NCBI GenBank assembly: GCA_937625935.1 | Contig: OW569385.1 | Span: 248,001 to 312,000 of the forward strand | Length of the DNA: 64,000 bases | Source: Tetramitus jugosus | Lineage: Eukaryota; Protista; Heterolobosea | Direction: 5' to 3' | Shown here: positions 11,090-18,279 of the stretch, piece after piece | How the letters are laid out: each line of letters begins with the position of its first letter | Numbering within the stretch: the first letter of the stretch is position 1 | Made by a program: the position numbers and the translations under genes | Notes under the pieces: generated by a model | The model's input: the letters and a program-made list of their open reading frames with translations, nothing else | What the model was told of the DNA's origin: nothing | The model's database searches: none

Positions 11090-11308
11090 AAGGGTTCAGA
11101 ACACACACGCTCTTCAAGTCTTGGTGACACTTCCAATTTTTTTGTTTTTTGAAGACAGGTCGATTTTTTGCTGGAATTCTTGAAAATTCTGGAACTCAAC
11201 CATGGAGGACCTTTTTGCTTGACCAAAAAATTGACCTTGCATACACAAAACCAAAACAGCAACTCAAATCTCGCATAACACCCAGATACAAAGAACACCT
11301 CCAACGCA

Positions 11309-14300
11309 ATGTCTCTCCTTGCCTCATCCAATACAACAAATATTCCCAACAATAAGAAACGTAAGGAACCATCATCATCCAACCACCATCAGCAGCAAGA
11401 CAATAGTAGCAAGAGAGTCAAGAGAAGCATTAATGGTAACTCATCACCACTTCATCATTCTAGGCATCAACACCACGATTCACAAGATGAACTCAACTTT
11501 AGTAGTACCATGGATGACTATGACAACAAGGGAGATGAAGAAATGAGTCTAAGTCAATACAGTAGTAGTACAACAGGAGGAGGACATGACAACGACAACA
11601 ATGTGTCTCAAGGCGGTGGAGACTACTCACAATCTCAATCTCAGCCATCAGAGTCTGTTCATCATGATGAATCATTTATCCAGTCTCAGCCCATCATTAG
11701 TCAAACTCAGCCCACTACTACTACTGCTTTGAATACAAAAAATCCACCAAAGTCATCCACCAATCACCACCAGAATGGATCATCTACTTCCCATACTAAC
11801 AACAACAACAACAACAACAATAAGAAAAAGAGTAGTAGTAGTAGCAACAGTAGCAATGGACATCATCAATCTAGGAAGGCACCTACTGTGTCCTCATTGG
11901 ATTTTGACGACGACACTGCAGAAGAGACGAAAACAACAACTGATCATGAAATGGACTTTGCATCTCAAGATGATGCACCTCCCGTTGTAACCAAGAATCA
12001 AAAAACCAACAACAACAACAACAAACAAAATGGTCGCAGCCATTCCTCCACATCCAACAACAAGCAATCCAATGGATCTCTCACAGCTCAACAACAAGAA
12101 AGACGACAAATCATTAAACAAAAAGAGTTGAAGGCTGAAAAATTGGCAGAGGAAGAACGCGAACGATTGTTGAGAACTCAGATGGGTGATGAGGCACTCA
12201 ACAGAGAATTGTATGATCATTTTAATGCTCTCCAAGCAGTTGCTTCACAACACAAGATTAGTCTCAAACTACCAGAGTTAGTCGTCGTAGGTATGCAATC
12301 TGATGGAAAGAGTTCGTTTGTTGAAGCATTGCTAGGATTTCAGTTCAATCATGTGGACACGAACATTGGAACGAGAAGACCATTGATGCTACAGATGCAT
12401 CACGATCCATCACGCACCAAGCCATACTGTGTATTCCAAAATGAGCAGCAACAGCAAAATGGTGGTGGAAGTTCCAATCAACAACAACAACAAGCTATTC
12501 ACATGGATAAACCAACACCTGTTCACATGTTGGAGCACGAAATTAGAAGAAGAACAGAACAAGTGTGCGGTGAGAAGGGTGTGAGTCCAGTTCCTATTTG
12601 TCTTCATGTCTATTACAAGTATTGTGCCAATCTTGTGATTATTGATACACCTGGATTCAGAAAGGGTGATTCAGATGAATTGAGTGCAAAAATTGAGAAG
12701 ATGGTGATGAATTTGTTGAAGCCACAAGAACGTATTATTGTTTGCTTGGAACAGAGCACGGTCGAGTGGTGCAACACTCAAGTGAGACCCATGATTCAAA
12801 GAGTGGATCCCAACTTTTCAAGAACCGTGTTTGTCTGCACAAAGTTCAACAATAGAAACAATCAGTTCAGAGACAAGGAAGAAGTGGACAAGTTTCTTTC
12901 AACGGATGGTGAAGTGAACAACCCAAAGAGTGTATTCTTTATTTCTCTACCATCAGGTCACAATGCAAGAGATTTGAGTGAAGAAGAGTTCAAGAACAAA
13001 ATCTTGGAAGTATATTTGCAAGATTATAGACACTTGTCCAACATTGGATTCAATCAAGAAAAGTACAAATCTCAGCTCGGATTCTATAATTTGAGAAGAT
13101 ACTTGGAATTGATGTTGAATGAAAAGTACAAGGCAGCACTCATTCCAGTCCTTGAAAGAATCGATCATCAAATCAAGAAGAGACAATCGTTGGTTGATAT
13201 CAAGAATCAAGAACTGATAGAAGCACAGAATGTGGATGTGGAACAAAAGGCAAACCAATTGCTGACAAACTTTGTCAATCTAGTAGTTAAGTGTCTCAAT
13301 GGCACAAACATGTTCCCTACTAGTAAGAATGGGCAAACATTGGAGGAAGAAAGAGAAAAGGCTGCTGTTCCATGGCCAAATTATTCCTTGGACTTTAAGA
13401 TTCGTAACTCACAATACAAATTGTATGGTGGTGCCCAACTAGAAAGACTGTTAGCCGAGTTTGAAGTTGTTGCACATTCACAAGAGTTCCCTGCGACATC
13501 TGATGATGAAGTAGCTGTCACAATTGGATTGAATTCGATACATACAATGCCAGACTATGATCGAGGAGCTAGTGAATTGGCTCAGAAGAAATCAAAGATT
13601 GTATTCCAACCACTAATTGATGTATTGCTCGCTAGAAGCAGATCTATTATGAGAAGTATGATAGTGATGGTTTGTGGTCACCTATTCCACGATAACAAAC
13701 AATTTAAGAGAGTGCTGCAGGAGATGAGGAATGCATCTGACCAATTCTTTGACATTGTCATTAATGACGCAAAGGAAAAGTGTGAACTTGAATTTGATAC
13801 ATTCACACGAGTGATGGATTGGGAGTTGATGGGCTTTGGCACCTCTAAACAAGCACATGAGTATGATTTGTTGAATCCAACAAAGGAAGACACCATTAAG
13901 AGAGTTCAGAACTTGACAGATGATACCGTAGCAGAAAAGATGCTCCTCTTTACAAATGATAGAAGCAGAGAACTAACAGAGGAGAGGTGTAGAAAGATTA
14001 AGGAGGCTGCCGCAAGACTCTTTGGTGGTGTGAGAGTCTTATTTGTGAAATACGTCCGAGCCAAGTACTTGTCATTCTTCCTTCAACCAATCTTCAACAA
14101 ACTCGAAGATCATTGTAGAACATACTTCCACAAGCTAGGCGCAAATAGAGTAATAGAACTGGCTGATGGTCCTAATCCTGCACTCATCCAACAAACAATT
14201 CAGCAGAACAAGACTGCAATTGAGAGTTTGGTGGAACAAAGAGAGAAGTCGCTAAAGTTGTACAACAAGTTCAAAACCGCTAGTGGCAAGTCATCCAACA

Positions 14301-14314
14301 GGGAAGCATTGTGA
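11309..14314 (+). CDS. Dynamin-related GTPase, DRP5/ARC5/Dictyostelium Dlp-like clade
   Basis: PELVVVGMQSDGKSS, GTRRPL, IIDTPG, TKFN, and the DRP5-clade signature LYGGAQLERLLAEFE. Long low-complexity N-terminus. Confidence 0.85.
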   Translation: MSLLASSNTTNIPNNKKRKEPSSSNHHQQQDNSSKRVKRSINGNSSPLHHSRHQHHDSQDELNFSSTMDDYDNKGDEEMSLSQYSSSTTGGGHDNDNNVSQGGGDYSQSQSQPSESVHHDESFIQSQPIISQTQPTTTTALNTKNPPKSSTNHHQNGSSTSHTNNNNNNNNKKKSSSSSNSSNGHHQSRKAPTVSSLDFDDDTAEETKTTTDHEMDFASQDDAPPVVTKNQKTNNNNNKQNGRSHSSTSNNKQSNGSLTAQQQERRQIIKQKELKAEKLAEEERERLLRTQMGDEALNRELYDHFNALQAVASQHKISLKLPELVVVGMQSDGKSSFVEALLGFQFNHVDTNIGTRRPLMLQMHHDPSRTKPYCVFQNEQQQQNGGGSSNQQQQQAIHMDKPTPVHMLEHEIRRRTEQVCGEKGVSPVPICLHVYYKYCANLVIIDTPGFRKGDSDELSAKIEKMVMNLLKPQERIIVCLEQSTVEWCNTQVRPMIQRVDPNFSRTVFVCTKFNNRNNQFRDKEEVDKFLSTDGEVNNPKSVFFISLPSGHNARDLSEEEFKNKILEVYLQDYRHLSNIGFNQEKYKSQLGFYNLRRYLELMLNEKYKAALIPVLERIDHQIKKRQSLVDIKNQELIEAQNVDVEQKANQLLTNFVNLVVKCLNGTNMFPTSKNGQTLEEEREKAAVPWPNYSLDFKIRNSQYKLYGGAQLERLLAEFEVVAHSQEFPATSDDEVAVTIGLNSIHTMPDYDRGASELAQKKSKIVFQPLIDVLLARSRSIMRSMIVMVCGHLFHDNKQFKRVLQEMRNASDQFFDIVINDAKEKCELEFDTFTRVMDWELMGFGTSKQAHEYDLLNPTKEDTIKRVQNLTDDTVAEKMLLFTNDRSRELTEERCRKIKEAAARLFGGVRVLFVKYVRAKYLSFFLQPIFNKLEDHCRTYFHKLGANRVIELADGPNPALIQQTIQQNKTAIESLVEQREKSLKLYNKFKTASGKSSNREAL

Positions 14315-14343
14315 ATAAATAATTCAAAAACTTTACATTCCTT

Positions 14344-15462
14344 TTACTTCATTGTTTTTGGAACGACGCAGCTCTCGGATATTGGTCTGATGAATATTTC
14401 GTCTGCGGTCGATGTGCTCTGCTCTCCTTGTTCAAAAGTGTAAGATGATGCGATAGCGAGCAATGAACCATCATTGTTAAACGACAGGGAAGCAATCGAT
14501 GAAGGATACTTGGGGTATTGAACAATTCGTTTCTTGTTCAAGGGATCCCAGACATTCACAACACCGTCACCACCGCCCGTAGCAAATGTTCCATACCTTG
14601 GATGGAATGCAATGGCATTGACTGGATACAGTGTTTCAACTCCATTAACATTGCTCCTGTGACACTTGAAAGCATACTTTTTCCTTTGCGCCTCCTCCGA
14701 TGGATCAATATACTCTACAGCTACACGTCCTTCGATGCTCGACAATACGTAACCCTGACTATCAGGATGACATCGAATGCATCTCGTTTGATACTTTAGT
14801 GCACTCATCCGATGTTGTAACAACTTAAACTCTTGTTTCTTGATTAAATCGGGATTTCTCTGCACACTAGACACATCAGACAGCCCGTCTGTTGCATTGC
14901 GTACCGTATGTGCCAAATTATAGATGAATATTTGTCGTTCGTTCGTACCGACCACTAATTTCGTTCCATCTGGCGTAACATCCATCGAAAACACCTTCTT
15001 TGTTAAACAGGTCGATGCGAGACAAACACCGGGAACTCTAGTGTCCCACAGCTTGATGCATTCATCCCAACTTCCAGACAAAACCAAGTGAGGCATATTG
15101 GGCACAGCGACTACGCACCGCACTGGCTTATCATGAGATCCAATCTCTTGTTGTTGTTCCGATTGATTGACAGAGAAACGAGTCACCTTACAGTCGAGTC
15201 CACCAGCAAACAATGAATTCCCATCACTAGAGAAGCAAATATCGAGCAATGCACCAGGACTACTTCCGTCTTGAGAACTGTGTTGCATGGAGCTAACAAG
15301 TGTGTTGCTGTGTACGTCATATAATCGAGCATATGTGTCCCATGAACTCACAGCCAACAGAGATTTGTCAGTGGGTGAGAATTGAATACGTGTAATACCG
15401 TCAGTAGGTGGTTGATTGAGCTTAAAACTATTGCTGCTGTTGTTGGTGATCGTTTGGGACAT
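14344..15462 (-). CDS. BUB3: Mitotic checkpoint WD40 protein Bub3
   Basis: PPTDGIT, LKYQTRCIR, SSIEGRVAVEY, KKYAFKCHR, YPVNAIAFHP.YGTFATGG.DG, LAIASSY. Confidence 0.95.
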   Translation of the reverse strand: MSQTITNNSSNSFKLNQPPTDGITRIQFSPTDKSLLAVSSWDTYARLYDVHSNTLVSSMQHSSQDGSSPGALLDICFSSDGNSLFAGGLDCKVTRFSVNQSEQQQEIGSHDKPVRCVVAVPNMPHLVLSGSWDECIKLWDTRVPGVCLASTCLTKKVFSMDVTPDGTKLVVGTNERQIFIYNLAHTVRNATDGLSDVSSVQRNPDLIKKQEFKLLQHRMSALKYQTRCIRCHPDSQGYVLSSIEGRVAVEYIDPSEEAQRKKYAFKCHRSNVNGVETLYPVNAIAFHPRYGTFATGGGDGVVNVWDPLNKKRIVQYPKYPSSIASLSFNNDGSLLAIASSYTFEQGEQSTSTADEIFIRPISESCVVPKTMK

Positions 15463-15474
15463 TTGTTTCTTGAT

Positions 15475-15507
15475 TTTTGGCGCGAAAAATTGAAAAAGGC
15501 GCCAATT
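15475..15507. promoter_or_regulatory. E2F-like sites in the 58-bp bidirectional promoter between BUB3 and the PLP enzyme
   Basis: Near-palindromic TTTTGGCGCGAAAA (15475-15488) plus GGCGCCAA. Confidence 0.45.
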
Positions 15508-15520
15508 CTCAATTCAAAAC

Positions 15521-16969
15521 ATGATCAATAACAATCGCGGCAGTGGTGATGAGGAAAGCTTTGCATTGAATCCAGTGCTCAAATGGTCAGCCATTGGAAT
15601 TACAGTTGCAGCGACTGCTTTTTGGTTGCAAAAAAAGTGCAGATCTTGCTCATCCAAACCTTGTGCAACGACGAACATGAAAGGCCGTAACGACACTGAG
15701 CTTTCTTCTGCTTGTGCCATTCATAAGAAGCTTCCACGTCACTTGATCAACCAAAGTGTGAACAATGTGCCTACTCCTGCATTGTTGATCGACATGGACA
15801 TTCTGGAGGACAACATGACCAAGATGAACGATTCCATGAAACCATTTGCTTCTTCTCAAGTGAAAATTAGACCACATTACAAAGCTAACAAGTGCCCTGA
15901 CCTGGTCAAAGTGCAATCAAGGATTCATGGCAGTTTAATGTCTGGTGTTTGTTGTCAAAAGTTGAGTGAAGCAGAATCCATTTTCATGGGACAGCAGACT
16001 GGTGAGCTCGGTACAAGAGATATTCTCATAACAAACGAAGTGGTGGAGAAAATGAAGCTTGAAAGAATTGTTAATGCTGCATTCAGGAATTCGAAACTCA
16101 AGATATCACTGGTTGTCGATAATGAGTCAGTTGTGAGACAATTGGCTCACATTTGCAAGGAAAAGACCATGCAGGCTGATGGCCAATTCAAGATATCGCT
16201 GATTATAGAGTACAATGTGGGTCAAAATCGCTGTGGTGTCAATTCTATTGAAGAGTTGATTCATTTGGCTACAGTGATCACCAAGGATGATTCATGTGCC
16301 CCATTCTTGCACTTTGCTGGAATTCAATGCTACCAGGGCTGGAATCAACATATTCGCTCATTCAGTGATCGAAAGCAAGCTGTCGAAAAGGTGAATAATA
16401 TGGCAAGCGATGCTAAGAATGCTCTTCAAGAATCTGGTCTCGTTTCTTCCGATTTCATAGTGACTGGTGGAGGTACTGGTTCGTACTTGTTTGAAGCAGG
16501 CTCCAACGTGTTCACAGAAGTTCAACCTGGCTCCTATGTATTCATGGATGCCGATTACAACAAGAATCTCATGGAGAGCGATAGAACAGTAGAAGATGAA
16601 CCGGATTCAACATTCCGCCAAAGCTTGTTCGTCCTAACAACGGTCATGAGTAAGGCTGTGTCAAACGAAAGAGCTGTTGTTGATGCTGGAATGAAGGCTG
16701 TTTCCTTAGACAGTGGTGTTCCATTGCTCAATGATCGCGAGCAACGAAAACTGGCCGAGTACAGACCTGGTGGCGACGAACATGGCATCATCGTGCCGAC
16801 AAACGAGACGGACAAGTCGGCTATTGCCGCTCTATCTGTCGGAGATAAACTAAGGCTCATCCCAGGTCATTGTGATCCCACTGTGAATATGCATGACTGG
16901 TTCATTTGTGTACGAGGTGATCGAGTCGTTGACGTGTGGCCAATCGAAGGCCGTTCCTGTGGATTGTGA
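15521..16969 (+). CDS. Fold-type III PLP enzyme, DSD1 / D-threonine aldolase / 3-hydroxy-D-aspartate aldolase family
   Basis: TPALLID, RPHYK (PLP lysine), GQNRCGV, TGGGTGS, EVQPGSYVFMD, VDAGMKAVSLDSG.P, DEHG, metal-binding PGHCDPTVNMHD. N-terminal hydrophobic segment. Confidence 0.85.
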   Translation: MINNNRGSGDEESFALNPVLKWSAIGITVAATAFWLQKKCRSCSSKPCATTNMKGRNDTELSSACAIHKKLPRHLINQSVNNVPTPALLIDMDILEDNMTKMNDSMKPFASSQVKIRPHYKANKCPDLVKVQSRIHGSLMSGVCCQKLSEAESIFMGQQTGELGTRDILITNEVVEKMKLERIVNAAFRNSKLKISLVVDNESVVRQLAHICKEKTMQADGQFKISLIIEYNVGQNRCGVNSIEELIHLATVITKDDSCAPFLHFAGIQCYQGWNQHIRSFSDRKQAVEKVNNMASDAKNALQESGLVSSDFIVTGGGTGSYLFEAGSNVFTEVQPGSYVFMDADYNKNLMESDRTVEDEPDSTFRQSLFVLTTVMSKAVSNERAVVDAGMKAVSLDSGVPLLNDREQRKLAEYRPGGDEHGIIVPTNETDKSAIAALSVGDKLRLIPGHCDPTVNMHDWFICVRGDRVVDVWPIEGRSCGL

Positions 16970-17164
16970 GCTGTAAACCCTATCAACGGATTGGGTGTCT
17001 GTGATTGTTCCGATCCCTGACGTTCAGCTGAATTTGTTGCCGACGAATAGAAAATTTTCATTGTAAAGGGACGAGTACCATGCTTGTTCTTGTGTGCGCA
17101 GCAACACAACTTTCATCAAACATCCAAAACAAACCAAATCAAAAAACATCCTCAAATTCCCATA

Positions 17165-18190
17165 ATGAGAGCAATCATCCTTGTTACCCTCATGCTGTTG
17201 GCTATTGCAGCCTTCGCCACTGCTCTTCGCTCAAACAAGAAGCTTAGAGTCAGACCAGAGAGCTTGCCACACAGTGATAGATCCATTAGACCTGACTGGG
17301 CAAGACCAACTCCAACCTTCCCAACCAGACCTGTCGTCTACTCTGACATTGTTGGACCAGCATGGACTAGACCAAGCCCAACCATTCCAAGAAGAAAGAA
17401 TATTCCTTTCAGTGACAGGTGGGAGAAGCCTGACTGGACTAGACCATCTCCAACTTTCCCAACCAGACCAATCATGTTCTCTGACAAATTTGCTCCAGAT
17501 TGGACCAGACCAAGCCCAACTATTCCAAGAAGAAAGTATACTCCATTCAGTGACATTGTTGGACCAGCATGGACATGGACAAAGCCATCTAGACCTATTC
17601 TGTACTCTGACAGATTTGTTCCACAATGGACCAGACCAAGCCCAACCATTCCAAGAAGAAAGAACATTCCATTCAGCGACAGGTGGGAGAAGCCTGACTG
17701 GACTAGACCATCTCCAACTTTCCCTCATCCAAAGAATGTGTACTACTCTGACGCTATTCCAAGAGAGTGGCTAAGACCTCTTCCAATTCAACCAGTTAGA
17801 AATGTTGAGTTGTCTGATATTGTTGCTCCACGAGGAGGACGATACCCAAAGCACATCATGTTCTCTGATGAAGAAGGTGAAGAGTATGATGAAGAAGACT
17901 GGGGAGTCAATGGAAACATTGGTAGTGGTGGCAACTGGAACTTGGGTGGCTCCTACAGCAACAATGGATTCACTGGTAATGCTAACGTTGGCAACAATGG
18001 TCAATGGGGTGTTGGTGGATCCTACACTAACAATGGATGGACTGGTGGTGTCAATGCTGGCAACAATGGTCAATGGGGTGCCAATGTCGGCTACTCCGGA
18101 CAAGTTGGCGGTGGAACACTGAATGCTGGTGGCCAAGTCTCCAACGGTGGAAACTGGGGAGTCGGTGTCAACTACAACTTGAAGTTCTAA
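17165..18190 (+). CDS. Secreted multi-repeat peptide precursor (nine Pro/Arg/Trp-rich xSD-delimited modules plus a Gly/Asn/Trp-rich C-terminal domain); function unknown
   Basis: ATG at 17165, signal peptide MRAIILVTLMLLAIAAFATA, ten (H/Y/F/L)SD sites, acidic spacer EEGEEYDEED, 96-aa Gly-rich tail. AATAAA about 20 bp after the stop. Confidence 0.85.
   Translation: MRAIILVTLMLLAIAAFATALRSNKKLRVRPESLPHSDRSIRPDWARPTPTFPTRPVVYSDIVGPAWTRPSPTIPRRKNIPFSDRWEKPDWTRPSPTFPTRPIMFSDKFAPDWTRPSPTIPRRKYTPFSDIVGPAWTWTKPSRPILYSDRFVPQWTRPSPTIPRRKNIPFSDRWEKPDWTRPSPTFPHPKNVYYSDAIPREWLRPLPIQPVRNVELSDIVAPRGGRYPKHIMFSDEEGEEYDEEDWGVNGNIGSGGNWNLGGSYSNNGFTGNANVGNNGQWGVGGSYTNNGWTGGVNAGNNGQWGANVGYSGQVGGGTLNAGGQVSNGGNWGVGVNYNLKF
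17279..17869 (+). repeat. Coding tandem repeat array, 51-72 bp units
   Basis: Recurrent TGGAC(T/C)AGACCA cores. The block at about 17364-17460 is nearly identical to about 17628-17724 (264-bp offset). Confidence 0.9.
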
Positions 18191-18279
18191 ATGTTTTTGT
18201 CCCTGATTAATAAACTCTAGTTTGAACCCTGGCATCGATACAAATGCATAAATTGTTTGTTATGTCGATCGAGGGGGAA

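Noticed and set aside
8600-11300. Transposon or group I intron around the GIY-YIG gene
   Set aside because: No terminal repeats, transposase/RT or interrupted host gene visible.
17279-17869. Repeat array as a CRISPR or non-coding repeat
   Set aside because: Unit lengths are multiples of 3 in an open frame with a signal peptide. There is no constant repeat/unique spacer structure, no cas genes, and the context is eukaryotic.
17181-18235. Alternative-frame and antisense ORFs over the repeat gene (17181-17774, 17231-17728, 17338-17667, 17771-18235)
   Set aside because: Shadows of a repetitive, stop-poor coding sequence; non-ATG starts or no coherent features.
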